The notes under the pieces were generated by a model that ran no database searches, had not been told where the DNA came from, and saw nothing but the letters and a program-made list of their open reading frames with translations. From Bdellovibrionales bacterium (GTDB lineage Bacteria; Bdellovibrionota; FAC87; UBA2466): a stretch of 64,000 nucleotides of DNA. The stretch covers positions 848 to 64,847 of the forward strand of contig SXPJ01000019.1 of the NCBI GenBank assembly GCA_005776395.1, in the 5' to 3' direction. The position numbers were made by a program, and so were the translations under genes. Positions 17,156 to 28,312 of the stretch are shown piece after piece (within the stretch, counting starts at the first letter, position 1; every line of letters starts with the position of its first letter).

Positions 17156-18164
17156 GTAACTTTATTCTCTCTGCCAACTCTGGCAAATCTCTGAAAAACA
17201 CATGGGATCGTAATGCCTGACGAATGGGCATCGCAGGAGTTGAAAAATAGGTTTCTCCGCCTTTAAGATCGGTCGTAACTCCAGTTTGTCCGCCGACTCG
17301 AGCACCTTTTCCTATCGTAATGTGATCTCCCACCCCAACCTGCCCCGCAAGCACTACCCCCTCTTCAAGTACCGAAGAACCTGCAAGCCCAACTTGAGCG
17401 CATAAGATGGAATTTTTTCCAATTCTACAGTTATGCCCCACATGAACGTGATCATCTAATTTACTACCTTGCCCAATTCGAGTTTCTCCCAAAGTCCCTC
17501 GATCAATTGTGCAGTGAGCCCCAATTCGAACATCATCTTCAACGACGACTGTTCCCACTTGAGGTATCTCTATGTGCCCTTGAGCCCCTTCAATTAATCC
17601 AAAACCATCAGATCCCAAAACACTTCCAGAAAGAATTCGAACTCGATCCCCTATTACAACCCGAACCAAAAGAACAACCTGAGGATAAATCTCGCAATAA
17701 TTCCCAACCTGGACTCCAGCCCCCACATAGGCATGGGGATAAATTATAGTGTTTGAACCAATCTTGGCCCCCTCACAGATTACAGCAAAAGAACCTATTT
17801 TAGCCGATGGGTCAATTTGAGCCCCTGAATGAATGTCTGCTTTTTCAGATATCCCTTCCCATGAAACTCGAGGAAGAAAACTTTTAGCCAATTTGGCAAA
17901 TACTACCCTAGGTTCATCAACCAAAATATAGGTTAGAGGAAGATCCTCACGAACCCACTCTTTTTTGGTTAAAACAACAACCCCAGCTTCCAGGGAACTT
18001 AAAAACCGTTGGGCTTTTTTATCAGAAAGAAAACATAAGTTTCCCTTGGCCGCACTTTGAACGGAGTTTAAACCCTGAATCGGTGTATTTGGATCGCCAA
18101 TGAGCGTCGCGTTAAAACAGGCAGCTAATCTGCCCGCATCGGTTGGAAATTCAAGCATCCCCAT
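17121..18164 (-). CDS. lpxD: UDP-3-O-acylglucosamine N-acyltransferase
   Basis: Has the LpxD N-terminal domain, a long left-handed beta-helix of hexapeptide repeats, and a C-terminal helix. It sits immediately upstream of lpxA, with no fabZ between them. Confidence 0.85.
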   Translation of the reverse strand: MGMLEFPTDAGRLAACFNATLIGDPNTPIQGLNSVQSAAKGNLCFLSDKKAQRFLSSLEAGVVVLTKKEWVREDLPLTYILVDEPRVVFAKLAKSFLPRVSWEGISEKADIHSGAQIDPSAKIGSFAVICEGAKIGSNTIIYPHAYVGAGVQVGNYCEIYPQVVLLVRVVIGDRVRILSGSVLGSDGFGLIEGAQGHIEIPQVGTVVVEDDVRIGAHCTIDRGTLGETRIGQGSKLDDHVHVGHNCRIGKNSILCAQVGLAGSSVLEEGVVLAGQVGVGDHITIGKGARVGGQTGVTTDLKGGETYFSTPAMPIRQALRSHVFFRDLPELAERIKLLEKEINGNANS

Positions 18165-18307
18165 ACTTTTCGACCCTAATCGGATAGGGGGCGGATGTAA
18201 ATGGAGATTGCGCGTTAAACCGGGTCAAATGGCTCCTCTAAACCCACTCCGTGTCAAGGGGGGAATAAAGCTATACTTAAAAAGCTCTTCCTTCCCAATT
18301 TTTCACC

Positions 18308-19591
18308 ATGACAGCCAAACGCAAAAATTTAATCACTAAAAATGTTATTTTTCGCAATTTTTTAGCCGCTAGCTCCATATCCCTGCTTGGAAACAACATT
18401 TTTGATATCGCTATTCCCCTTTATATCGTTCAACGAACTCCAGACCCTATGCTGTTATCCTGGGCCAATATTGCCCTTACTCTGCCTTTCTTCCTCATGG
18501 CCCCTTTAACTGGTTTTACTGTTGATAACTTTAATAAAAGATGGGTAATGCTAATCAGTGATATCGGCCAGGTTTTATGCCTGCTTTTTTTGCTTCTGTA
18601 CGATTATTATGGCCATCACCAATTTGGCCCTATTTTAGCGGTTATTTTTATCGCTAAAACCCTAATGATTACCTTTGAAACGGTAGCCACCTTCCAGCTT
18701 ATTCCAGCCTTGGTAAGCGAACAGGATCTTAATGAAGCCAACTCCTGGTTTCTTTCGTCCCAGCGATTAATTCAAATTTTGGGACCTTTAATCGCCGGTC
18801 TGTTGATGAGCACAAGCGGAATCAAAATGTGTGTGCTAGCAAATATGGTGAGCTTCCTGGCGACTTTATTTTTCGTCTTAAAAATGAAGAATCTTAATGA
18901 ACTCATTATCGGAAACGAAACTATTTCTCCTAAAAAACAAATGACCGTCGGGGGGGTTATTGACAGCTTCATAAGCTCCGTAAAATATGTTTGGGGCTCT
19001 TCGCTACTTCGCCCCTTCATACTGATGATGTTCGTTTGGAATCTTTCAGCCCTTGTCCCCAACACCCCTTCATTAGTCTATTATTTTACTATCGAGAAAA
19101 AATTAACCTCTAGTGAATATGGATCTATCGCCTCTTTATTTGGTTTGGTTGGAATTTTGGGTTTTTTAATCTCAGGAAAGCTCTACCAAAAACACTTTTT
19201 TTATCGCCCCTTTGTGTTTGGAGGAATTTTCTTCGCTTTAACAGGAATGCTTTCAATATTATTTTTTGATAAGCCCTATATTTTAGCACTCATTTTTTCG
19301 TTTTCTAGAATTGGGAGCTCGGTCGTAACCATGGGGACCTTTTTTCTACGGCAAACTTATATTCCTAAAGCGAAAATGGGGGGAATCAACGCAGTTCTTA
19401 GAATGTTCTTTATGTCCTCAGCACCAATCTCAGCACTGCTTCAGGGATTTCTTATCCGCCATTTCAGTGTGAGGATCTCTTTTATCGTGGGATCGGTTTT
19501 CCTTTGGCTGACAGTTTGGTACTCAAAAAAAGTGGCCGTCGCTTACATGGCAGTTGGCTCTAAGCGAAAAGAGGTTTTTAAAGCCGCCTAG
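18308..19591 (+). CDS. MFS transporter (MFS_3/EntS-like)
   Basis: 427 aa with about 12 predicted hydrophobic helices. The N-terminus [25 protein letters not shown] is typical of this MFS subgroup. Confidence 0.7.
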   Translation: MTAKRKNLITKNVIFRNFLAASSISLLGNNIFDIAIPLYIVQRTPDPMLLSWANIALTLPFFLMAPLTGFTVDNFNKRWVMLISDIGQVLCLLFLLLYDYYGHHQFGPILAVIFIAKTLMITFETVATFQLIPALVSEQDLNEANSWFLSSQRLIQILGPLIAGLLMSTSGIKMCVLANMVSFLATLFFVLKMKNLNELIIGNETISPKKQMTVGGVIDSFISSVKYVWGSSLLRPFILMMFVWNLSALVPNTPSLVYYFTIEKKLTSSEYGSIASLFGLVGILGFLISGKLYQKHFFYRPFVFGGIFFALTGMLSILFFDKPYILALIFSFSRIGSSVVTMGTFFLRQTYIPKAKMGGINAVLRMFFMSSAPISALLQGFLIRHFSVRISFIVGSVFLWLTVWYSKKVAVAYMAVGSKRKEVFKAA

Positions 19592-19785
19592 TCTTTCTCA
19601 CCTTTTTTCTCTTTTTCATCCTTAATTTCGACACCCCCATCTAACTCTTCAACAGGAACACGATACTCTTCGTTGGCCCACTTTCCAAGATCATGGTTTT
19701 TACATTGCTCACTACAAAATGGCCTAAACGAATTACTAGACCATTCGACAGTTTTTTTACAAACAGGACATTTTACAGTTTTCAT
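19588..19785 (-). CDS. yacG: DNA gyrase inhibitor YacG (zinc finger)
   Basis: [10 protein letters not shown].....RPFCSE.CK..DLGKW..EEY..P is the YacG signature. Its stop overlaps the stop of the convergent MFS gene. Confidence 0.8.
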   Translation of the reverse strand: MKTVKCPVCKKTVEWSSNSFRPFCSEQCKNHDLGKWANEEYRVPVEELDGGVEIKDEKEKKGEKD

Positions 19786-19856
19786 AAATCTGTTTTACCT
19801 CCTTAGCTTTCTTGACTCAACTTACTAATACCGAAGCTAAAGAAGCTCTTTAATTT

Positions 19857-20963
19857 TCAGTCCAAAATCTGATGGTAAATTTTAACTATCTTTTGTGTAA
19901 TTGCGGTCCAATCCAGATGGGTTGAAACCCAATTCTGAGAATTTTTTATGTGCTGATTTCTCTCACTATACGTAAGCGCTAAAACCTCTTGCATTTTTGT
20001 AGCTAGTGAATCTTCAGATTTTTCCTCATAAATGACAAACGGAGCAAACTTCTCGACATATTCCACCCCCCCGCTATTCGTAGGAATTAAACACAGGGTT
20101 CCAGCCGCAAAAGCCTCAAATATAGTTCTTCCAAAGGGCTCTCCCTTAGCCGGGTAGATTACAGCACTAGCATTCCTTAGAAGATCTATTTTTTCTTGAT
20201 TGTAAACTGCCGATTGTATCTTGATAACCTCTTCTAATTTATACTTAGAGACTAGCCTCTTAAGAAGTGAATCGTAGTTCCTTTCTACCGGACCCACCAA
20301 TCGCAATTGCACCGAGCTATTTTTCTTATAGATCTGGCTAAAAACTCTAATAAGAAACTCCAGGTTTTTTCTTGGTTCAATACGCCCCAAATACAGAAAA
20401 TATGATCCAGTAGAAAGAGAATCGCCCCCCCCCTCAACGCACCTAATTCCATTGGGGAAAACGGTTAAGTTATCTTCTTTGACTGGATAACCTTCACAAT
20501 GATTTCTTTCAAATTCACTGAGCAGAATAACTTTAGAAGCATGAGAAACGATCCAGTTTCCAAGTATCAAATTAAACAATTTCTTTAAATAAGGTCTACG
20601 ATAAGCAACCCACAACATACCTCGAGGATGCAAAATATAGGGAACACCGTACCGATAACATAACCGTGCGAAAAAGTAGTTCTCCCAAAACCAATGGCCA
20701 TTGAGATGAAACACATCTGAGCTCCTAATCTCTCGATTTAGGGGATGCCCTGGTTTTAAAAAAGCAAATAGAACAGAAATAGGCTTAAAGGGCAGGGTGC
20801 TTTTTATTCCCTGCCTCTCAACAAATTCCTTATCCAATCTATCTTGCCTAGATAACACTAATACATTGTGTTCTTTAGATAGCTCGGCACTTAGCGCGCT
20901 CTCAGAGACTGCAGCCCCACCAAAATGGGGAGCCAGACTTGAACTTAAGAATAGAATTTTCAC
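19857..20963 (-). CDS. family 4 (group 1) glycosyltransferase
   Basis: MKILFLSSS..PHFGGAA at the N-terminus and the C-terminal E..GR...EAFA.G motif of GT4 enzymes. Confidence 0.8.
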   Translation of the reverse strand: MKILFLSSSLAPHFGGAAVSESALSAELSKEHNVLVLSRQDRLDKEFVERQGIKSTLPFKPISVLFAFLKPGHPLNREIRSSDVFHLNGHWFWENYFFARLCYRYGVPYILHPRGMLWVAYRRPYLKKLFNLILGNWIVSHASKVILLSEFERNHCEGYPVKEDNLTVFPNGIRCVEGGGDSLSTGSYFLYLGRIEPRKNLEFLIRVFSQIYKKNSSVQLRLVGPVERNYDSLLKRLVSKYKLEEVIKIQSAVYNQEKIDLLRNASAVIYPAKGEPFGRTIFEAFAAGTLCLIPTNSGGVEYVEKFAPFVIYEEKSEDSLATKMQEVLALTYSERNQHIKNSQNWVSTHLDWTAITQKIVKIYHQILD

Positions 20964-21099
20964 GTACCATTATTATAACACCACTGCACTCTTGAAGTGT
21001 TCACTTCTCTGGCTCGTAAATTGAAGACTCAAGACACAACCCTTAGGCTGTTTGCAGCGCAATAGCTATTGGTGAAAAAAGTTGGAGTTGGAGTTGGAG

Positions 21100-21612
21100 T
21101 TGCTGAGTTTAAAAAGATTGGCTTGTTTGGGGATACTTTTATTAGTAGCTGCCTGTGGTAAAAACCCACAGGAACGAGCCCCCTGGCCCGCAAGCATTAC
21201 GCTTAATGGATTAACTCAAAGCGAAATTAATTCTGTATCCGAAACCCTAACAGGCTTCACCTCAACACTTGGATCCGCTGTTTTTTACTTTGATAACCGA
21301 CCTGCACAATTTCAAATTACAATTACTAAATTTTCTTCCTCGACAGACTCTTCATCTAAGGCAGGGCTAGCGACCTATGACGAATCCTTCTGCAAAGTCG
21401 AACTCAATGAACTTGTGTTTAATGCCCGTTTTAGCTCCTATTTAGAGCCAGTTTTATGGCATGAATTGGGTCACTGCGCTGGAATGGAACATAACTCAAG
21501 CTCTGGTGAGATAATGTATTTTCTCGCAAGTCCCAAGGATTCTTATGCTGAGGCTGCTATTACAAGATTTATGAAAGCATTCACAGATTTTACCTCCCTT
21601 GTAGTAAAATAG
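21100..21612 (+). CDS. putative metzincin-like zinc metalloprotease lipoprotein
   Basis: The signal and lipobox are LSLKRLACLGILLLVAAC, and HELGHCAGMEH fits HExxHxxGxxH. There is no ATG. I place the start at one of four TTGs in a (TTGGAG)3-TTG repeat spanning 21082-21102. Confidence 0.5.
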   Translation: MLSLKRLACLGILLLVAACGKNPQERAPWPASITLNGLTQSEINSVSETLTGFTSTLGSAVFYFDNRPAQFQITITKFSSSTDSSSKAGLATYDESFCKVELNELVFNARFSSYLEPVLWHELGHCAGMEHNSSSGEIMYFLASPKDSYAEAAITRFMKAFTDFTSLVVK

Positions 21613-21616
21613 ATCT

Positions 21617-22018
21617 GTGAACTCAAAATTTAACGAAAAAAGAAAATATCATCGACATCATATTGTTATACCCGTTGAAATACTCATCAGTGGATTAGAA
21701 AATCCATTTTCTGGTGAAATTATAGATCTCTCAATGGGAGGGGCTTTTATAAAGGCTAACGCCCCAATCAATATAGGGGATTCAATTTCTATTGAAATCA
21801 AACTCCCTGAAGCCCATTTGCTTTCCGGAAAGGTCATAGACAATGAGCGGTGGCTAAGCAAAAATGCACCAAACAATTTAAAAAATAGGTCTATCGTAAA
21901 ATGGAGTCGAGGCTCTAGTCTTAAGGGGTTTGGTATCGAGTTTACTTCTATGACAAGAGAGGAATTAGAGTTAATTCAAAAACTCTTAGAATATGAAGCC
22001 CCTTTAAAAAAAGAGTGA
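21617..22018 (+). CDS. PilZ domain protein
   Basis: RKYHR (RxxxR) and DLSMGG (D/NxSxxG) are the c-di-GMP-binding PilZ motifs. The start codon is GTG. Confidence 0.75.
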   Translation: MNSKFNEKRKYHRHHIVIPVEILISGLENPFSGEIIDLSMGGAFIKANAPINIGDSISIEIKLPEAHLLSGKVIDNERWLSKNAPNNLKNRSIVKWSRGSSLKGFGIEFTSMTREELELIQKLLEYEAPLKKE

Positions 22019-22032
22019 TTTTCAATTGGCAG

Positions 22033-22611
22033 TTATCGACGAGTGGTTCCAAAAAGCAGATTAACTCCAGCCGTAAAACTGTGAAGTTTTCCAACGTTGG
22101 GTAAAAAATAGCCTGCAGTTAACGCTAATGAGGCCCAACTATAAATCTTAATTTCAGCATTCACACTTGGATGAAATACAATAAAACCACCAGAATTAAT
22201 TTTCTGTATAATTCGATTGCTATCAGTCTCGAAAGTCACTTTAGCGATGGAGTATCCCCCCCCGCCTATCAACAACCTAGCATTAAACCAACTTCCTACG
22301 ACATATTCTCCTACAACCCCACCATAACCCAATCCAAAAGAAAGATTATCAGAGCCATTCCAAAGAAATCCACCACCACCACCGCCGCCTAAACGAAACT
22401 TAGGTGTAACCCAGGCATAACCAATTCCACCAATAACCACAGGGCTTCCAGAAACCCCAGGATCAAAACGGGTTAGAGAATTCGCATGATACTCGATAAA
22501 CGGTCCTCCACGCCCACCGCCAGAGGTAGAGGTTTCAGCTTTAGAAACAATCGTCCAAAAAATCGAAATAACTAGAAAAACGAACCGAGCCATTTTGAAA
22601 TTAAAAATCAT
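22033..22611 (-). CDS. glycine-rich small OMP-like protein
   Basis: Has a signal peptide. Alternating hydrophobic beta-strand-like segments are separated by poly-Gly loops. Confidence 0.4.
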   Translation of the reverse strand: MIFNFKMARFVFLVISIFWTIVSKAETSTSGGGRGGPFIEYHANSLTRFDPGVSGSPVVIGGIGYAWVTPKFRLGGGGGGGFLWNGSDNLSFGLGYGGVVGEYVVGSWFNARLLIGGGGYSIAKVTFETDSNRIIQKINSGGFIVFHPSVNAEIKIYSWASLALTAGYFLPNVGKLHSFTAGVNLLFGTTRR

Positions 22612-22716
22612 GCTATTAAGATAAAGAGGTTTCTCAGTTTGGGAATGAAATGAAGGCCTATATTAATTGTAGACTATTTTTCTAATCTGAAACACGCCAA
22701 AAGTAGATTCTGCCAC

Positions 22717-23766
22717 CTACTTTTTAGTTGGCTCATTGAGTCTACCCATAGCATGAGGCGTTCCCTCGACTCGCCCAGCGTTAGTAATCTCCATAAACTG
22801 TGCTTTTCTTTGTAGATCTTTGATGGTTAGAGCGCCGCAATAGGTCAAGCCAGAGCGAATTCCGCCCATGATATCTTGAATGATATTTTTAACGGGTCCT
22901 TTGCAAAGAACATCAACAGAAATCCCCTCTGCCGTTTTCCAATCGGACATACCGCCCATAAAATCATCTTGAGCCTCTTTTGATGCCATGCCTCTAAATC
23001 GTTTAAAAAGCACTTTTTTTCCATCTACCATCGCTTCAACAATAGTCCCTGGGGTCTCTTCCGTTCCAGCCAACATTCCCCCCAGCATGACAAAATCTGC
23101 ACCTGCTGCCAAAGCTTTTACGGCATCAGAAGGATACCTTGTTCCTCCATCAGAAATAATAATTCTGTCCACCTTGCGACAATCTTGAAGTGCAGATAAT
23201 TGAGGAACGCCAAAACCTGTTTTAATTCGAGTCGTGCAGACAGAACCGGAACCGATTCCTACCTTAATCACATCAGCACCCGCAGCAGCTAAGTAATCAG
23301 CTCCTGCATAAGTGGCAACATTGCCCGCAATAATCAGGATGTTATTTCCATGACTCTCTCTTAATGTACGAATGGAGCGATTAACCTCTTTTGAATGGCC
23401 ATGAGCCACATCAACACACACCATGCTAGCACCTGCATGTATCAATGCCTCAGCCCTATCTAATCCATCTTTTCCAATTCCAATAGAAACAGCCACCTTG
23501 TCTTTGTGTTTCAATTTTTGAAACATTTTAATGTTGTCTTCGATAGAAACAAATCGATGAAGAATCGCCATTCCACCTAAATCGGTCATAGCATCCGCCA
23601 TCTGATTCTCTGTAATGGTATCCATATTGGAACTAATTAGAGGAATTCCAAAAGTTCTTCCAAACAATTCAACAAACGTAGTTACATTCTGACGAGATTT
23701 AATTCCATTGTATCCAGGAACCAAAATAACGTCGTCAAATGTTAACCCCCTAATATTACTAAGCAC
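22717..23766 (-). CDS. guaC: IMPDH/GMP reductase family protein, GMP reductase-like (no CBS insert)
   Basis: [16 protein letters not shown], the catalytic loop [11 protein letters not shown] and [17 protein letters not shown] are all present. At 349 aa without a CBS pair it parallels E. coli GuaC. Confidence 0.7.
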   Translation of the reverse strand: MLSNIRGLTFDDVILVPGYNGIKSRQNVTTFVELFGRTFGIPLISSNMDTITENQMADAMTDLGGMAILHRFVSIEDNIKMFQKLKHKDKVAVSIGIGKDGLDRAEALIHAGASMVCVDVAHGHSKEVNRSIRTLRESHGNNILIIAGNVATYAGADYLAAAGADVIKVGIGSGSVCTTRIKTGFGVPQLSALQDCRKVDRIIISDGGTRYPSDAVKALAAGADFVMLGGMLAGTEETPGTIVEAMVDGKKVLFKRFRGMASKEAQDDFMGGMSDWKTAEGISVDVLCKGPVKNIIQDIMGGIRSGLTYCGALTIKDLQRKAQFMEITNAGRVEGTPHAMGRLNEPTKK

Positions 23767-23894
23767 TGGGCCTCCTTAAATTAACTATCCTCTAAGCTTA
23801 CTTAATATGTGCTCGGCAAAAGAAAGCCCGTCAAGCTACCAATCAAAAACCACTTAAGTAATACTTTAAAAAAACAGCCCGAAACAATGACGCG

Positions 23895-24443
23895 CTATGG
23901 AAACCCAAACTGCGCGTTAAAGTTAAGGTTTCCGAAAACTTTACCCCCAAAGACGCCAGGGCGAAGTTGTCCCCTTAATGAAAGTGAATCATCTATTTCC
24001 TGAGTGTATGAGAGATCCATTAACACAACAAAATTGGTTGTTTTCCAATCCGGTCGCTGATTAGAAAACCCAGAGCCAAGAAAAAGCCCCACATCTATTG
24101 TTTTTTTCGGATCATAGAATAAATGATTTTCAATCCAACCTCCCAATAGCACATTAAGAACCGATCCCGGAGAGAAAAGCATAAAGTTTATTTCTGGCCC
24201 TAAATAGATAGAGTGTTTTGAGGAAACCAATCTACCTATCTGGAATCCAGAAACAACTGCGGACCCCGACAAAATATTAAATCCAAATTGCGCATTTAAC
24301 TTAGTACGCGCTACACTAGGTTTCGCAACAATAACAATCCGCGGAACTTTCTTAATCTCTTTTTTAGTCTTCGGAATAGAAAAGCTCTGTGGAGTTATAA
24401 TTAAATGACTTAAAATAACGACTGTTAAAAATCTAAGCTGCAT
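23895..24443 (-). CDS. small OMP-like hypothetical protein
   Basis: Has a signal peptide and amphipathic beta-strand-like repeats. The motif NAQFGF occurs near both ends. Confidence 0.35.
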   Translation of the reverse strand: MQLRFLTVVILSHLIITPQSFSIPKTKKEIKKVPRIVIVAKPSVARTKLNAQFGFNILSGSAVVSGFQIGRLVSSKHSIYLGPEINFMLFSPGSVLNVLLGGWIENHLFYDPKKTIDVGLFLGSGFSNQRPDWKTTNFVVLMDLSYTQEIDDSLSLRGQLRPGVFGGKVFGNLNFNAQFGFP

Positions 24444-24516
24444 AGATTAAGCTTATCTCACTTATTAGTAACTTGACTAGAAAAGGAAAGCGTTCGCTCT
24501 AAAAAATAAATCGCCA

Positions 24517-27270
24517 ATGAAAAAAAAATTATTCCTTTTTATTTCTATATCCATTGTAAGTTCCGGTTTATTGCTCAGTCTAGGCTACTGGCAACTAAAA
24601 TCCAAACTTCCCACTTTATTAAAAATGGTTTTAGCAGAGGCTCACACTAAAGGAATCAACGTCTCATTTCAGCAAGTAATTCCCCCCCAGGACTCGCTTC
24701 TTGATCTTACACAGGTCAAAATTTCAGGGCAAAACTCGACCTACTCGGTGACTGTCGACTCCTTAAAAATTAAAACATCTCTTAAACCTAAATGGCCTCC
24801 CATTGCTTTATCGATACTGTTAAATCATCCCACAATCTTAACAAATACGAACCTGCCGAACATAGAATCCCCCCCCCTTGAAAGAAAGCCAGATGAAACA
24901 AGAAAAAATCCTCGCTGGTTAGCGGCGGCTCTACTAATGGCTCACTTTAAACTAGAGCTTATTGACATAGAAGCGCTTCCCTGGGGAATAAAAAAAACGG
25001 ACTTCTCTATAAGCACTAATGGAATCTCTCTTGGAAAAGGGCCGCTTCCATTGTTACAGGCTGAGCACCGCCTTCACATAAAAGACTTTTCCTCATCTAA
25101 ACTACCTACTCTTCCTAACATTTTAATAACCGGCGCTGTAAATTACGAGCACCCCGCAGCTCATTTTTTAACTACGAAAGTTTCAATAGGTCCCGTAACC
25201 CTACAGGCCTCTGGCAAATATGATATTTCCTCTACAAAATGGAATCTTGATGTCGAAATTCCACAAAGCAACATCAAGCAAGTAGATTTATTGAAACAAA
25301 ATAGCTCAATTAAAGGGTTAAAATCGGCCGAGGGTACCATTTACCTAAAAGCTTCGAGTCAAGGATTGGGCAGCGAAATAAACTCTATCTATACCGAGGG
25401 TGAGCTTAGGGCTGAAAAAGTAAAGCTCTTCATGGAGAGCCCAAAAATTACAGGACCTATATCAATTGATATAAATTCCACATTTAAAAAAACTGCGGCT
25501 CTCATTTTCAATGGAAGTCTGGATCTAAATTTAGATGACTCTTCACTCCTAATAGAAAATAAATTCAGAAAGCCCGCAAAGATTCCATTGAATGCGCATT
25601 TAAAGATTTCCGGCAACAATGAAGAATATCGGATTGAGGAAGGAAATATTAAGTTTCACAATTTAAAAACAGATATTCAAGGAATCGTTCTTAATGGTCC
25701 CAAAATTACCACTCGGCTTCAAGCCTCCATAGGAACCACATCATTGCAAGGCTGGGAGCAATTTATACCCTCTTTGCTTAACATTAAAACTCAAGGCGAC
25801 ATTGAGGGAAATTTAACTTACTCGGGTGCAATCAACGATTGGAAATCAGCAAGTGTAGAACTCAATATCAAAGCGAAAGATGTAGAAGTTCCAATGGCGA
25901 AAGAATGGATCTCTAATAAAGAAGTTAGCTTAAGCGGAACAGCCAAGCTTAATTCGGACACCCAAATATCTTATTCTCAAGGTGCTTTAAAAACATTAAA
26001 TACAAATACCCAATTAAACCTAACGGAGAGCAAATTCGGATATTCGGATCTTTTTGTTAAACCTAATGGCACGCCTATGTCAGCCCACTTAATTATTTCT
26101 AGTACCACCAAAGAAGCCCAGGTTAAAAACAGCACTTTAGTGCTCGGGCCCATCCGTGGAACAATCCAAGGAAAAATCGCCAATTTTTCAGCTCCCGTTG
26201 CACAGCTAAAACTACAGACCAGCCCTCTCGAGGCAAAAGAGGCGCTTTTTCTTAGCCCAATATTGAAAGCAACTCAGATCAAAATTATAAGAGGAACCTT
26301 AACTAGCAAAGCCTCACTTACTGGGCCACTTCTCTCAAAAGAGAAACTCCCTAATATTAATATCGAAACCCAAATCAATCGACTTTCATTGGATTATCCT
26401 CAAGAATCGTCGGTAAAACCACTTCACATTAGAGATATGCAAGGTTTACTTTCGAGCACTCTAGCCTCAGGGGGATTGACTCAACTTAAGTTAGAGCCCT
26501 TAAGCTTGAAAGTATTCAATGGAACCCTATTAATGAAACTGGATTGCAAAGGGGATATTAAAACCGCTCGATGTGATCAAAAGGTCGATGTAACTCAATT
26601 AGCTGCAGATCAATTCCTAGAGTTCATGTCCCCCAAGGCAAAGGGATTAGTCTCAGGAAAACTAACCGCTGATATCGATGGACAATTTACAGGGCTAAGC
26701 CTAGAAACACTAAAAAAATCCATCACAGGAAAAGGAACCTTCTTACTTAGCGAGGGACAGTTCAACACTATTAATCTCATTGAAAAGCCATTGGAAAGTC
26801 TAAAAAAGCTTCCCATCATTGCAAATTTAATCAACCAAGCCCCTAGAAACCAGGCCATTAAGGAAACTCACGGCCATTTTGAATTAAAGGATGGCAAAAT
26901 AATTTTTTCCAATCTCAAAATGAACAGCCCTTACTTTGATCTAATCTCTCCAATGGCAACACTAGATATGGATCAAAAAATCTACTCAAAAATATCTTGG
27001 ATTCCGAAAGAAATATTAATCAGCCGAAATGTACTGGAAATGATTAGAGATGAAAAAGGTAAACCCTCAATCTCAGTAATCATTCAGGGAAACATCTCTC
27101 AACCCTCAATCTCTTTAGATGAAAATGCCCTTCAATATCGACTTACAAATTACGCCAAACAAATTGCAGAAGAAAAAGCCAACCGAGCAATAAGCAACCT
27201 AAAGAAAAAATATGGAAACGAGATGCAGGAACGATTAAAAAAGAGCTTTGGCGGAATATTTAAAAAATAA
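24517..27270 (+). CDS. AsmA-family outer-membrane biogenesis protein
   Basis: 917 aa with a single N-terminal TM helix and a long repetitive beta-rich body. The C-terminal segment (GKGTFLLSEGQF...HGHFELKDGKIIFSNLKMNSPYFDL...ATLDMDQ) resembles the AsmA C-terminal region. Confidence 0.6.
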   Translation: MKKKLFLFISISIVSSGLLLSLGYWQLKSKLPTLLKMVLAEAHTKGINVSFQQVIPPQDSLLDLTQVKISGQNSTYSVTVDSLKIKTSLKPKWPPIALSILLNHPTILTNTNLPNIESPPLERKPDETRKNPRWLAAALLMAHFKLELIDIEALPWGIKKTDFSISTNGISLGKGPLPLLQAEHRLHIKDFSSSKLPTLPNILITGAVNYEHPAAHFLTTKVSIGPVTLQASGKYDISSTKWNLDVEIPQSNIKQVDLLKQNSSIKGLKSAEGTIYLKASSQGLGSEINSIYTEGELRAEKVKLFMESPKITGPISIDINSTFKKTAALIFNGSLDLNLDDSSLLIENKFRKPAKIPLNAHLKISGNNEEYRIEEGNIKFHNLKTDIQGIVLNGPKITTRLQASIGTTSLQGWEQFIPSLLNIKTQGDIEGNLTYSGAINDWKSASVELNIKAKDVEVPMAKEWISNKEVSLSGTAKLNSDTQISYSQGALKTLNTNTQLNLTESKFGYSDLFVKPNGTPMSAHLIISSTTKEAQVKNSTLVLGPIRGTIQGKIANFSAPVAQLKLQTSPLEAKEALFLSPILKATQIKIIRGTLTSKASLTGPLLSKEKLPNINIETQINRLSLDYPQESSVKPLHIRDMQGLLSSTLASGGLTQLKLEPLSLKVFNGTLLMKLDCKGDIKTARCDQKVDVTQLAADQFLEFMSPKAKGLVSGKLTADIDGQFTGLSLETLKKSITGKGTFLLSEGQFNTINLIEKPLESLKKLPIIANLINQAPRNQAIKETHGHFELKDGKIIFSNLKMNSPYFDLISPMATLDMDQKIYSKISWIPKEILISRNVLEMIRDEKGKPSISVIIQGNISQPSISLDENALQYRLTNYAKQIAEEKANRAISNLKKKYGNEMQERLKKSFGGIFKK

Positions 27271-27271
27271 A

Positions 27272-28312
27272 TTACTTTTTTGCAGCTAAAGAACTAACAG
27301 ACTCCAAAAATTGACCTTGATATGTCGTAACCGCCTTCACCATTTTCCCCTTAAATAATGCCCTAATCAAAGCGGTCTTCTTAAGTTCGTCGATTTCCAT
27401 AACATCAGTAACGATGACTTCACACTCATTGGGCTTTTCCTTGAACGTCACAACTTCGTAAAGAATTAATGAGGAATCAAAATAGTGATTTGTGTAAATA
27501 TGTAATTCAAAGAACAATCTGCGAGAACCTTCTTGAAATTCAAAGTCCTCAGAAACTCTCAAAATGGGTTGCATCTGATCTGGAGCAATAATTACCATTT
27601 CTTGCCTAAGCCATGAATTAATCGGCTGTCCTGGCTCTTTTGCGAGCTTCCAAAACCCATCTTTTAAATACCTTTGTGTTTTGGGGCTTTTACTTAAAGA
27701 AGAAATCAGAGCCACCATTTTACGGGCCAATGGCTCATTACTTTTTCTCTCCTCATAACCCAAAAGCTCTCTATGTTTTAGGTAGTTTTTAATACGATTA
27801 AAAACCAACTGTTGATAGGTCTCTTTCTTGTTCTTAGAGAGCTTTAATTGAAACACTTCTGGATCGGTTTTCAATTTCATTAGGCATTTTTCTGCTGAGC
27901 AATTTTTAATAGCTTCCATCTGGGACTCATCAAATAATTGCTTCGGAAGTGCGTATTGCCCCTTGGTAAATGTATTCTGAGAAATTCCCTCAGTGGAAAA
28001 ATTTCCCCTTACATTAAGACGACCCATTTTTAATTTTTCTCGAATCAAAGATTCTATAGTTTTCGGTGAAACCTTGAAATGTTTTGAGGCTGTTGTAATA
28101 AGAAAGGGATCGATATATTCATCCGAGAAACTGAGTTCGTCTGTTAAATTTTCTCCCGATAGAGAAATCTCAGCAATCGCCTTTGAGGACTGAGAAAAAA
28201 AACCAAAAGCAAAGAACAAAACAAATATTAAATGGCCGCTCAAGTTGTTCAGATTAGAAATGATGGATTTCATTGGGGACAGATGAACTGGAAGTGGGAC
28301 TTTCATATTCAA
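27272..28312 (-). CDS. secreted hypothetical protein
   Basis: Intact ORF with a signal-like segment (HLIFVLFFAFGFFSQSSKA). The true start is probably the ATG at 28273. Confidence 0.4.
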   Translation of the reverse strand: MNMKVPLPVHLSPMKSIISNLNNLSGHLIFVLFFAFGFFSQSSKAIAEISLSGENLTDELSFSDEYIDPFLITTASKHFKVSPKTIESLIREKLKMGRLNVRGNFSTEGISQNTFTKGQYALPKQLFDESQMEAIKNCSAEKCLMKLKTDPEVFQLKLSKNKKETYQQLVFNRIKNYLKHRELLGYEERKSNEPLARKMVALISSLSKSPKTQRYLKDGFWKLAKEPGQPINSWLRQEMVIIAPDQMQPILRVSEDFEFQEGSRRLFFELHIYTNHYFDSSLILYEVVTFKEKPNECEVIVTDVMEIDELKKTALIRALFKGKMVKAVTTYQGQFLESVSSLAAKK

